The notes beneath the pieces were generated by a model, which made no database searches, was not told the DNA's origin, and saw nothing but the letters and a program-made list of their open reading frames with translations. A stretch of 64,000 bases of DNA from Acidimicrobiales bacterium (GTDB taxonomy: Bacteria; Actinomycetota; Acidimicrobiia; Acidimicrobiales; Bin134), in contig OY760141.1 in the NCBI GenBank assembly GCA_963663255.1, positions 1,541,295 through 1,605,294 of the forward strand. The letters are read 5' to 3'. Within the stretch, counting starts at the first letter, position 1. The number at the start of each line of letters is the position of its first letter. The position numbers and the translations under genes were made by a program. Shown piece by piece: positions 45,822 to 54,875 of the stretch.

Positions 45822-45887
45822 ATTCCGACTCTACAAGCATGACGACTCCACCCAGGGTGCTCAGGGGTGGAACGGCTCGGGCCCGGC

Positions 45888-47654
45888 TCAGCGGGAGAGC
45901 AGGTCGGCCACTCGCCAGGAGTTGGCCATGATGGACAGCACCGGGTTGACGCCGCCGTTGGTGACGTGCAGCGAGGAGTCGGCCACGTAGGTCCGCTCGC
46001 AGCCCCACACCTTTCCCTGGGGATCGACGGCGCCGCCTGCGGGGGTGTCGGACATGCGGGCGGTGCCGGCTTGGTGCTGACCGCCGGACAATATCTGGAA
46101 CCCCATGGAGCCGCCGGTCACGTCGTGGGCTCCGGTGGCAGTTATCCACTCCTTGGCCCGGTCGCCCAGGAATTCCGCTGTGCGGAGGTCCTCCTCGTGC
46201 TGAACGCCGAAGAACCGGGCCACCGGCAGGCCCCACTTGTCTCTCACCTCGGCCGAAAGGTCCAGTCCGGCCGAGCGGGTGGGGATCTCCTGGATCGGGC
46301 CCATGATCATGATCGTGCGACGGTAAGTGTCCCGCAGGGCTTGGCGGGCCGAGGCGCCCGTGGGACGCCCGTACTCGTCGGTCTCACCGGCAGCCTCGGC
46401 CGCCTGTTGGTGTTCGGGCCTAAACCACGACCCCATCACCCAGTGCTGCGCTGGCGACACTGCATACTCGTCGGCGATCATGCCGCCGCCGATGATCCCG
46501 TCGTTTTGGTGGCAGTGCTCCCGGGTGGCCATGGCCAGACCGGGGCCGACGCCGTCGCTGAGCGGGGTGTCGGTGTCGACGTGGCCGTGGGCCAACACGT
46601 AGGTGTGGCCCTGGAGGCACCGGCCCACCCAGTCGTTGCCGAGCCCGCTCAGCATCAGCAGTCGGGCGGTTTCCACCGCCCCCGCGGCCAGCACGATCCG
46701 GTCGGCCCGTACCGTGCGCTGGCCCTGCTCCGATCGCAGTTCCACCTCGCCTCGGCCGTCGTCGACCCGTACCGCCTGTGAATCGCACAGGATGTGGGCG
46801 CCGGCCGCGGTGGCCCGGGGGAGCAGGGTGTTGTGGACTCCGTTCTTGGCGTCTACCGGACAGGGGTGGCCCACGCACTGGCTGCAACCCGCGCACGCGG
46901 GGCGTCCTCCGTAGGGCCGAGAATTCACCAGCAGGGGAACGGGCGCGGTGGTCCAGCCCAGGCCAGCGGCGGCCTCGGCCAGCATCTCTCCTCCGCGGTC
47001 GGGCGGGAACGGGGGTAGCGGGTAGCCCCGGGACCGGGGTCCGTCGCCGGTGTGGCCAGCAGCGCCGGCCACCCCCACCTCCCACTCCACCAGGTCGTAG
47101 TAGGGCTCGAGATCGTCGTAGGTGATCGGCCAGTCGGCCAGCGCCGATCCCTCGGGCACGCCGTACTCGCTGGCCATGCAGAACGTTTCCGGCGCGAACC
47201 GCCACCCTTGGCAGCCATACAGCCGAGGGCCGCCGCCCAGCACCACGGCGTTGTTGTGGTAGCGGAAGTCGTGGGGCTCGACGGCCTGCTCGCCGTCCCC
47301 ATCCTTGACGGCTCGGGGGTTTCCGACCGGCGTTACGCTTTCGCCGAAGCCGAACACAGCCGTGCGGTGGTTGCGCACCGGATCCCAGCCGATTTCTGTT
47401 GACTTGTAGGGGCGGCCCCGCTCTACCACCAGCACCGAGCATCCGGCCGCAGCCAGCACGTGGGCGGCCACGCCCCCTCCAGCACCGCTGCCGATCACCA
47501 CCGCGTCGTAGTGGTCCCGCACCTCGTCCCACCCGATCACCGGCGGCACGGTGTCCACCAGTTCCGGCTCGCCGAGGGGGAACCGCTGGTAGCCCAGCTC
47601 CTCCCAGCACCCGGAGTCGGGATCGGTCAGCCAGCGCAGGGTCTCCTGGTCCAT
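45888..47654 (-). CDS. GMC-family FAD-dependent oxidoreductase
   Basis: DAVVIGSGAGGGVAAHVLAAAGCSVLVVERG and C-terminal GGQHQAGTARMS GMC signature context. Confidence 0.85.
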   Translation of the reverse strand: MDQETLRWLTDPDSGCWEELGYQRFPLGEPELVDTVPPVIGWDEVRDHYDAVVIGSGAGGGVAAHVLAAAGCSVLVVERGRPYKSTEIGWDPVRNHRTAVFGFGESVTPVGNPRAVKDGDGEQAVEPHDFRYHNNAVVLGGGPRLYGCQGWRFAPETFCMASEYGVPEGSALADWPITYDDLEPYYDLVEWEVGVAGAAGHTGDGPRSRGYPLPPFPPDRGGEMLAEAAAGLGWTTAPVPLLVNSRPYGGRPACAGCSQCVGHPCPVDAKNGVHNTLLPRATAAGAHILCDSQAVRVDDGRGEVELRSEQGQRTVRADRIVLAAGAVETARLLMLSGLGNDWVGRCLQGHTYVLAHGHVDTDTPLSDGVGPGLAMATREHCHQNDGIIGGGMIADEYAVSPAQHWVMGSWFRPEHQQAAEAAGETDEYGRPTGASARQALRDTYRRTIMIMGPIQEIPTRSAGLDLSAEVRDKWGLPVARFFGVQHEEDLRTAEFLGDRAKEWITATGAHDVTGGSMGFQILSGGQHQAGTARMSDTPAGGAVDPQGKVWGCERTYVADSSLHVTNGGVNPVLSIMANSWRVADLLSR

Positions 47655-47658
47655 CCGG

Positions 47659-50118
47659 TCAGCCTTCGTTCACGGTGAGGCGGCAGGTTGCGGGAGCCAG
47701 GCCATTGGCGGTGAAGGTGAGGTCGACGGTTCCCGGGCCGGTGGGGCGGATCACGGCCAGGGCTTGGCCGTCGTAGGTGGTGCAGGTGGGCAATCCGAAG
47801 GGCTCGGTGGACTGGTGGTCGTCGCTGGCAAAACCTTGAACCACTCCAGGGCCTTCCACGGAGACTTCCACGGGCCGATTGGCACCGGGGTTCACGATGC
47901 CGTCGGCATCAACCAGGCGCACAGCGACGTAGGCCAAGTCGGTGTCGCCTTCGGTGAGCTCGGTGCGGTCGGGCTCGGCCACCAGATTCAGCGGTCCGGA
48001 GGCGGTTCGCAAGGCAGTGCGGGCCGTTTCCCGGCCGTCGGTGTAGGCGATGGCCACTAGCTCGCCGGGCTCATAGGCGGCCGCGAACTTGGTGCGGAAG
48101 TCCTCGGTGGGCTGGCGACCGAGCGACTGGCCGTTGAGCAACAGCTCTACCTCGTCGGCGGCCGAGTACACCTCCACGTCCACCGCGGTGCCCTCGTGGC
48201 CGTCCCACGACCAGCTGTCGACGGTGTTGCTCCACGACCACGGTCCGGAGTAGGCGATCTGCTTGTGCGCGTGGGTCGGCCGCTGCACGGCGATGAAGGG
48301 CTCTTGGCGCAGGCCGAAGACGATCTCCCGGAAGTAGGAGGACGGCCGCCGGACCCCGGTGATGTGGATGTCGCCCGTGTGGGCCACAAGCCAGGGAAAC
48401 GGTGCGACCACACCGGGAACGCCCCGGTCCACTGGGTCTTCGTCGTCGTAGCCGACTCGACCGATGCCCACCTCGCCGAGGTAGTCCCAGCCGGTCCAGG
48501 TGAAATCACCGATCAAATGGGGATGAGCGCAGATGGTGGGCCAGTCTCGGGCCAGGTCGGTCACATTGGTCTCCGAACCGACGATCACCCGGTTGGGATA
48601 CAGCTCGTGGTCGATGAGGTAGCGGTTGGAGACGTAGTTGTAGCCCACCACATCGAGCGAGGCGCTCACCTCCTCGAGGCCCTCCGCGATGATCGGGGAC
48701 TGCATGACCTGATCCTTCACCATGGCCCACATGGCCATCTGGGTGTTCACCCCTTGCGACTCGGCCTCGTCGGAGGAGTCAGGGGCTTCCATCAACCCGA
48801 GGATCTCGGGAATCTTTGCGATCAGCCCCCTTATGGCCAGCATCGGCTGGACGCCGGTGGTCACGTAGCGGTACGGGTCGAGCGAGCGAACGTGCTCGGC
48901 TATGTCGCGTGCTCGGGCGGCGCCGAGCGGCGAGCCGACCTCGGGGATCTCGTTGCCGGTGGAGTAGAGCACCACGCTGGGATGATTGCGGTTCTTGCGC
49001 ACCAGGTTGGCGACGTCGCTGCGCCACCGCTCCTGGAACCGCAGGGCGAAGTCGTGGTTCACCTTGTTCTCGGTCCACATGTCCCAGGTCTCGTCCATGA
49101 CGATCAGGCCGTGGCGGTCGCAGGCATCCAACATGGCCCGGCTCATCGGATTGTGGGCGCTGCGCAGGGCGTTGAACCCGGCAGCCTTCATGATCTCCAC
49201 CCGGCGCTCCTCGGCCCGGCTGATGGTGGCGGCGCCGATGGGCCCGTTGTCGTGATGGACGCAGGCGCCCCTCAGCTTCACCGTCTCGCCGTTGATGCGC
49301 AGACCGTGGGCGGGGTCGAGCTGGAGCGTCCGGATGCCGAAGGCGGTGACGTCGGAGTCCAACTCTGAGCCAGCTTCGGCCACCGTGGTGGTGCAGGAGT
49401 AGAGGTGGGGCTGGTCGGAGCCCCAACGCGCCGGATTGGCCACCGCCAGCCGCTGGCGGGCTGTGGCTGTGGTGTGGGGGCGCAGGGTCACGGGGATATC
49501 GCCTGAGGCCACTGTCTTGCCATCCGGGTCGCGCACTTCGCAGGCCACGCGCACCGTCACCGTGTGGGCGGTGTCGTTCTGCACTTCGGCGGCAACCTCC
49601 ACCACTGCGCCGTGGTCGTCGATCTCCGGGGTGGTGATCCACACACCGTCGATGGCCAGGTGTACCGGGTTTTTCACCCACAGGTGCACGGGCCGGTAGA
49701 TCCCGGCGCCGGAATACCACCGGGAATCCTCACCGGCCCGGCAATCCACCTTGATGGTGTTCTCCTCGCCGTAGCGCAGGAACGGGTCGAGGTCGACGAT
49801 GAACTCGGCATAGCCGTTGGGCTCGGAAGCGGCGAAGTCGTCGTTCACGTAGACCATGGCGTCGCGGTAGACACCCTCGAACTGAAGGGCGACCCTGCGG
49901 TCGCGCCACTCGCCGGGGACCTCAAACGCCTTGGTGTACTCCCACACCCCGCCGGGGAAGTAGCCGATGTCGTGAGAGGCGGCGGGATCGCGTTGGGTGC
50001 CGATCATGGCATCGTGGGGCAGCGTCACCGGCTCGGGCGTGCTCTTTGCCCCCGTCAACTCCGAGAACGGGTTTTGCTTGGGCCGCACTGCCCAGCCCGC
50101 GTTGAACGACGATCTCAT
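47659..50118 (-). CDS. Glycoside hydrolase family 2 protein (beta-galactosidase/beta-glucuronidase-like)
   Basis: MRSSFNAGWAV start at 50118. GH2 sugar-binding, Ig-like and TIM-barrel regions with NHPSVVLYSTGNEIPE (acid/base NE) and FTWTGWDYLGE (nucleophile context). There is a 4-nt gap to the downstream GMC gene. Confidence 0.85.
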   Translation of the reverse strand: MRSSFNAGWAVRPKQNPFSELTGAKSTPEPVTLPHDAMIGTQRDPAASHDIGYFPGGVWEYTKAFEVPGEWRDRRVALQFEGVYRDAMVYVNDDFAASEPNGYAEFIVDLDPFLRYGEENTIKVDCRAGEDSRWYSGAGIYRPVHLWVKNPVHLAIDGVWITTPEIDDHGAVVEVAAEVQNDTAHTVTVRVACEVRDPDGKTVASGDIPVTLRPHTTATARQRLAVANPARWGSDQPHLYSCTTTVAEAGSELDSDVTAFGIRTLQLDPAHGLRINGETVKLRGACVHHDNGPIGAATISRAEERRVEIMKAAGFNALRSAHNPMSRAMLDACDRHGLIVMDETWDMWTENKVNHDFALRFQERWRSDVANLVRKNRNHPSVVLYSTGNEIPEVGSPLGAARARDIAEHVRSLDPYRYVTTGVQPMLAIRGLIAKIPEILGLMEAPDSSDEAESQGVNTQMAMWAMVKDQVMQSPIIAEGLEEVSASLDVVGYNYVSNRYLIDHELYPNRVIVGSETNVTDLARDWPTICAHPHLIGDFTWTGWDYLGEVGIGRVGYDDEDPVDRGVPGVVAPFPWLVAHTGDIHITGVRRPSSYFREIVFGLRQEPFIAVQRPTHAHKQIAYSGPWSWSNTVDSWSWDGHEGTAVDVEVYSAADEVELLLNGQSLGRQPTEDFRTKFAAAYEPGELVAIAYTDGRETARTALRTASGPLNLVAEPDRTELTEGDTDLAYVAVRLVDADGIVNPGANRPVEVSVEGPGVVQGFASDDHQSTEPFGLPTCTTYDGQALAVIRPTGPGTVDLTFTANGLAPATCRLTVNEG

Positions 50119-50185
50119 CGGCACCTCCAGCGCCACAGAGTAGGGGAATGGCTTTCCGCAGCCCTTGTCGCGGTAGCGTCCGGCC

Positions 50186-51160
50186 ATGACCGTTCGATGG
50201 GGAATTGCCGGACCAGGGGGCATTGCCGTTGGGTTTGCCAACGGGCTCCAATTGCTGGACGACGCCGAGATCTACGCCGTTGGGTCGCGCTCGGCCGATC
50301 GGGCGCAGGACTTCGCCGCCAAATACGGGGCTCCGGCGGCCTACGGAAGCTATGAGGACCTGGCCGCCGATCCAAACGTGGACGCGGTGTATGTGGCCAC
50401 CCCCCAGTCCCGCCACGAGCAGGACACGCTGATGTTCTTGGAAGCGGGCAAGCCGGTGTTGTGCGAGAAGCCCTTTGCCCTCAACCAAGCCCAGAGCCAG
50501 CGGATGGTCGATGCCGCCCGGGAGCGGGGGCTGCTTTTGATGGAGGCCATGTGGAGCCGCTTTCTCCCCGCCTATCGGGTGCTGGCCGAGTTGCTCGAAA
50601 AAAAGGCCATCGGTGAGCCTCAGCTTGTGGAGGCTGACTTCGGGTTCCACCAGCCGTTCGACCCCGACCACCGGCTGTATGACCCCGAGCGGGGCGGCGG
50701 TGGGCTCCTCGACCTGGGGGTCTACCCCGTGCAGTTCGCCTCGTTGGTACTGGGCCCGCCGACCAGCGTGGCGGCCCAGGGTCGGATCGGTCAGTCCGGA
50801 GTGGACGAGCAGGTGGCCGCCGTCCTCGGCCACCCCGGCGGCGAACTGGCGGTGGTGAAGGCGGCCATCGCCACCAATTTGGGCTGCACCGCCCGCATCG
50901 CCGGCACCGAGGGCACCATCGAGATTCCCGCGTTCATGCACTGCCCGGGGTCGCTCACGGTCGTGCGAGGCTTTGATCGGGAAGAGATCGACGGCTCCTG
51001 GGAGGGCGACGGTCTCCGCTTCCAGGTAGAGGAGTTCCACCGCTGCCTGGCTGCCGGCGAGATTGAGAGCCCCGTGATCTCCCACGCCGAGACTCTGTCG
51101 ATCATGGGCACTCTCGACCAGATCCGCGACCAGATCGGCCTGCGCTTTCCCGGGGAGTGA
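50186..51160 (+). CDS. Gfo/Idh/MocA-family NAD(P)-dependent oxidoreductase
   Basis: VRWGIAGPGGIA Rossmann start and the CEKPFALN (EKP) motif. Divergent from the GH2 gene. Confidence 0.85.
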   Translation: MTVRWGIAGPGGIAVGFANGLQLLDDAEIYAVGSRSADRAQDFAAKYGAPAAYGSYEDLAADPNVDAVYVATPQSRHEQDTLMFLEAGKPVLCEKPFALNQAQSQRMVDAARERGLLLMEAMWSRFLPAYRVLAELLEKKAIGEPQLVEADFGFHQPFDPDHRLYDPERGGGGLLDLGVYPVQFASLVLGPPTSVAAQGRIGQSGVDEQVAAVLGHPGGELAVVKAAIATNLGCTARIAGTEGTIEIPAFMHCPGSLTVVRGFDREEIDGSWEGDGLRFQVEEFHRCLAAGEIESPVISHAETLSIMGTLDQIRDQIGLRFPGE

Positions 51161-51188
51161 AGGTCATCGTTTCCCTGCTGGCGGCAGG

Positions 51189-52823
51189 CTAAAGGGCACC
51201 TTCTCGCAGCTGGGCCCGGAGGTCGACCTTTCGGATCTTGCCTGAGGCGGTGCGGGGGTAGTCATCCACCCGTCGCAGATCCTCAGGCCATTTCTGGCGG
51301 GCCAGGCCGGCTTGCTCCAGATGGGGGAAGAGAGCGGGCAGGTCGATGGGGTCGGCGTCGGGCAGCAGGCGGACCACCGCGCAGGCGTGCTCGCCGAGGC
51401 GTTCGTCGGGGGCGGCCACCACCGCCACCTCGGCCACGCCGGGAACCTTGGCGATGACCTCCTCGATCTCGGCCGCCGACAGGTTCTCGCCGCCGCGGAT
51501 GATGATGTCCTTCACCCGGTCGGTGATGGTGAGGCAGCCGTGCTCGTCGACCACCCCGATGTCGCCGGTGTGATACCACCCGTCGTCGTCGAAGGCGACG
51601 TTGAGGTCGGGATTGGTGTAACCCAGGCACAGCTCGGGGCCCCGAGACACGATCTCTCCGGGCGTGCCCGCGGGCAGATCGTTGCCGTCTTCGTCCACGA
51701 TCCGCATCTCAACTCCAGGCCGGGGACGCCCGTCGGTGTTATGGCGGATCTCGGCCGGATCCTCATATCTTGAGCCGGTGATCGAGGGGTGCTCGGTGGA
51801 TCCGTAGGCCCGGATGATCTTGATGCCCAGCGACTCGGCCCGCTGGCCCACCGCCGCGGGCACCGGTGCTCCCCCCAGCCCCACGCGGGCCATCTTGACG
51901 GTGTGCTCGGGGGTGAAGTCGGGGTGGTCTAGCAGGCTGGTGAGAAAGATCGAGGCGCCCACCCCGCCGCCGATGTCGTAGGCCAGCATTACCTCAAGGG
52001 CGTGGCCCGGATCCCACCGGTCGGTCAGATGGATGTCGAAGCTGATGTACAGCGGGCCGAGCACCCCGCCCAACATCCCGGTGGCGTGGGCCACCGGCGA
52101 GCCCATCAGGTTGGGCCTTTTGCTGGTCATCCACGCTGCCATGTGCGTCAACTCGCTCAACAGGGTGCGATGGTCGTGGATGGCGCCTTTGGGATCGCTG
52201 GTGGTGCCTGAGGTATAGGCCAGCACCGCCACATCGTCGTCAGCCGGATGGGGCAGCTCGGCGGCCGGCTCGCATCCGGCCAACTCATCCCACCCGACCC
52301 GGCGCACGCCCTCGGGAGCGGGACGGTCGGCCCCGTCGCCGACCACGAGGTGAAGACGAAGGCCAATCCCCTCGGAGCGGTCGACGATGTCGGCGTAGTC
52401 CACATGGCCGTGGGCTGTCGGCGAGATGTAGGCCACCGCGCCGCACTCTTTGAGGATGAACGACACCTCCTTGCGGCCGTAGATGTGGGTGACCGGCACC
52501 AAGATGTAGCCGCCCATGACCAACCCGGCGAAGGTCACCACCGCCTCACGCCAGTTGGGGATCTGAAACGCCACCACCTCGCCCGGCTCGATGCCTTCGC
52601 GGCGCAGCAACGACACCAGCCGACGGGCTTCGGCATCGATGTCGGCGTAGGTGCCGTGCCAGTCGTGGGTGCGGGAATGGATGTGCACCGTGGCATCGGG
52701 CGCGGCGGCCAGCCACTCGGCCACCCGCCCCCCGAGAGTGGCCCCGGTCCACCACCCCTCGCTCACATAGCGCTCCTGCAAGTGGCCCGGGACGGACCGC
52801 AATGACCACCGTGTTTCGGTCAT
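51189..52823 (-). CDS. AMP-dependent acyl-CoA synthetase/ligase
   Basis: LAYTSGTTSDPKGAIH (AMP-binding motif), TGDIGVVDEHGCLTITDRVKDIIIRGGENL, and C-terminal SGKIRK. Confidence 0.9.
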   Translation of the reverse strand: MTETRWSLRSVPGHLQERYVSEGWWTGATLGGRVAEWLAAAPDATVHIHSRTHDWHGTYADIDAEARRLVSLLRREGIEPGEVVAFQIPNWREAVVTFAGLVMGGYILVPVTHIYGRKEVSFILKECGAVAYISPTAHGHVDYADIVDRSEGIGLRLHLVVGDGADRPAPEGVRRVGWDELAGCEPAAELPHPADDDVAVLAYTSGTTSDPKGAIHDHRTLLSELTHMAAWMTSKRPNLMGSPVAHATGMLGGVLGPLYISFDIHLTDRWDPGHALEVMLAYDIGGGVGASIFLTSLLDHPDFTPEHTVKMARVGLGGAPVPAAVGQRAESLGIKIIRAYGSTEHPSITGSRYEDPAEIRHNTDGRPRPGVEMRIVDEDGNDLPAGTPGEIVSRGPELCLGYTNPDLNVAFDDDGWYHTGDIGVVDEHGCLTITDRVKDIIIRGGENLSAAEIEEVIAKVPGVAEVAVVAAPDERLGEHACAVVRLLPDADPIDLPALFPHLEQAGLARQKWPEDLRRVDDYPRTASGKIRKVDLRAQLREGAL

Positions 52824-52862
52824 GGTTGCTCCTCTGGAAGAGAGCCGACGTTCACTGGATGC

Positions 52863-53882
52863 TCACTTGAGGGCGATGGGATTTATGGGCGAGCCCACCG
52901 CGCCGGGGATGTTGAGCGGCGGGGCGACCAGCATGAACTCGTAGCGGCCGTCGTCAGCGCAGTCAGCGGCCAGTTCGTCGAGCACCCAGAACTCGCCCAA
53001 AGGCAGCCCCCGGTCCACCAGTGCCCCGCAGTGGACGGGGTTCTTTCGGGCGTCTGGGTCTTCGGGTACCAGCACTTCGACGCCGATGGTGTCGGAGGCC
53101 ACCGCGGAGATGTCGTTACGGTCGCACCAGTTGAGCGCGTCCACTCCGAAACCCGGCGAGCCGCCGAAGTACTCCCCCTGCTGGTCGGGGGTGAAGGCCG
53201 GATCCCACAAGGCCATGTAGCCGGTGCGGATCAAGGCGATGTCGCCGGGCTCCACGGCAGTCCCTTGGGACTCGGCGCAGCTATCCAGCATGGCCGTGTC
53301 GATGACGGTGGCCGGCGCCAGCGGGTCTTGGCCTTCGCTACGCGCCAGGTCCAACAGCACCGCTCGGCCCACGAAGCTCTCCCGGTGATTCTCGATTCCC
53401 AGCACTGATGCGCCCCCGTAGGCGGTGACGTTGCCGGCCCAGTAGCCGTTGTACATCGTGTCCCGGTAGATCACGTGGGCGAAGCCGTCCCACTGGGTGG
53501 AGCCCTGGAGGGGCATCTGGAACATGTCGTCGTTCCACTGGAAGTCGGGGTCGGCGGCGCTATATGGGGAGCCAACCACCTGGTCGGAGCCGGACATCAA
53601 GAACCAGTGCAGCGGCGCTGGACGGGTATGGAACCGGGGGCCCTCGGCGTCGATGGGCAGGGCCAAGGAGAACACCTTGCCCGACTGGACCAGCGAGGCG
53701 GCCCGGATGCGCTGGTCGGGTCCGATGAGGTTCTGGGTGCCGCGCTGGTCGTCGTCGCCCCACCGCCCCCAGTTGTTGGGTCCATCGGGCACATAGCCGC
53801 CAACCACCTTGCCGTTGTCGTCCACGGTGTAGTCGGGGGCTGTCCAGTGCTTGGCGTAGCTGGCGTAGTCGTCTCGACCCAT
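52863..53882 (-). CDS. Cyclase-family-like protein with divergent metal motif
   Basis: NWGRWGDDDQRGTQNLI N-terminal box shared with the 35756 gene. The expected HxGTHxDxPxH region reads LQGSTQWDGFAH. AGGAGG SD upstream. Confidence 0.7.
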   Translation of the reverse strand: MGRDDYASYAKHWTAPDYTVDDNGKVVGGYVPDGPNNWGRWGDDDQRGTQNLIGPDQRIRAASLVQSGKVFSLALPIDAEGPRFHTRPAPLHWFLMSGSDQVVGSPYSAADPDFQWNDDMFQMPLQGSTQWDGFAHVIYRDTMYNGYWAGNVTAYGGASVLGIENHRESFVGRAVLLDLARSEGQDPLAPATVIDTAMLDSCAESQGTAVEPGDIALIRTGYMALWDPAFTPDQQGEYFGGSPGFGVDALNWCDRNDISAVASDTIGVEVLVPEDPDARKNPVHCGALVDRGLPLGEFWVLDELAADCADDGRYEFMLVAPPLNIPGAVGSPINPIALK

Positions 53883-53897
53883 GAGTCCTCCTAGTGG

Positions 53898-54875
53898 TCA
53901 GAGCTGGATGAGGCGGGGTGCAGTCCCGCACTCCAATAAGTGATAACCGATCTCGGTGGGGAGCGATCTGGCCGAGCCGAACAGGGTGTCGATTACCAGA
54001 GTCCGTTTCATCCAGCGGTGGAACTGGTGTTCGGCGGTGAAGCCGATCCCGGCCAGCACCTGCTGGGCGTGGGTCGCAGTGGTGAGGGCGGCCTGGCCAG
54101 CCAGCGACTTGGCCAGCGCGGCCAACATGGGGTCGGGGTCGTGGAGGCACGCTTCGGCCACCGATTCTGCACCCTCGATCAGAACCAGCGATTCGGCCAG
54201 CTTGTGGCGGATGGCTTGGAACGACGCCACAGCGCGTCCGAATTGCACGCGGTCGATGGCGTGTTGTCGGGCCTCGACCAGCATCCACCGGGCCCCGCCG
54301 ATGAGCTGATGGGCCAGTGCTGATCGGGCGGCGGCCACGGCTGCTTCCCAGGTGCCCCCCGTTGCCAGCGGTGTCAAGGCGTTGGCCGCAATCTCCCCCG
54401 ATACCTTGCGGTAGGCGTGCCCAGGGTCCACCCCTTCGGCCACGGATAAGTGGAGCAATGCGGCATCGACGGTGGCCGCTTCAGTTCCGTCGCCACTCCC
54501 CACAGCCAGCACCGCGGTGTCCGCACGGTGGACCCGGGCCGATACCAGCCCATCGATCATCACGGTGTCGCCCCGGCGCTGTGCTGGGGCGGTTGCCTGG
54601 TGGGGGGAGGGGAACACAACGCAGGTATCCGGAGAAACGGCGGTGCCCAGCGCATTGGCCACCACGTCGTCGAGCAAGCTGGCGGCCGAATTGGATTTTC
54701 CGAGGGCGCTGAATGCGGTGGCCGCCCCCTGGGTAGGGGCTGCCTCGAGTAACTCGGCCCACCCGAGGTCGCATAGCGCTTGGTCGGCCTCGCCCGGGCC
54801 GGGCGCTTCGGCCATGGCCGCCTCGAATCCGGTAGCCAGCAGCGCTAGGTCGTCGGCCCCGATGAGCTCGCTCAT
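53898..54875 (-). CDS. Acyl-CoA dehydrogenase-like protein, probable non-catalytic (beta) subunit of a heteromeric ACAD
   Basis: 325 aa. The C-terminal ACAD helical domain is retained (AIDRVQFGRAVASFQAIRHKLAE). The N-terminus is degenerate, and LFGSARS replaces the YEGT/EIQ motif. ATGA overlap with the upstream ACAD. Confidence 0.75.
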   Translation of the reverse strand: MSELIGADDLALLATGFEAAMAEAPGPGEADQALCDLGWAELLEAAPTQGAATAFSALGKSNSAASLLDDVVANALGTAVSPDTCVVFPSPHQATAPAQRRGDTVMIDGLVSARVHRADTAVLAVGSGDGTEAATVDAALLHLSVAEGVDPGHAYRKVSGEIAANALTPLATGGTWEAAVAAARSALAHQLIGGARWMLVEARQHAIDRVQFGRAVASFQAIRHKLAESLVLIEGAESVAEACLHDPDPMLAALAKSLAGQAALTTATHAQQVLAGIGFTAEHQFHRWMKRTLVIDTLFGSARSLPTEIGYHLLECGTAPRLIQL

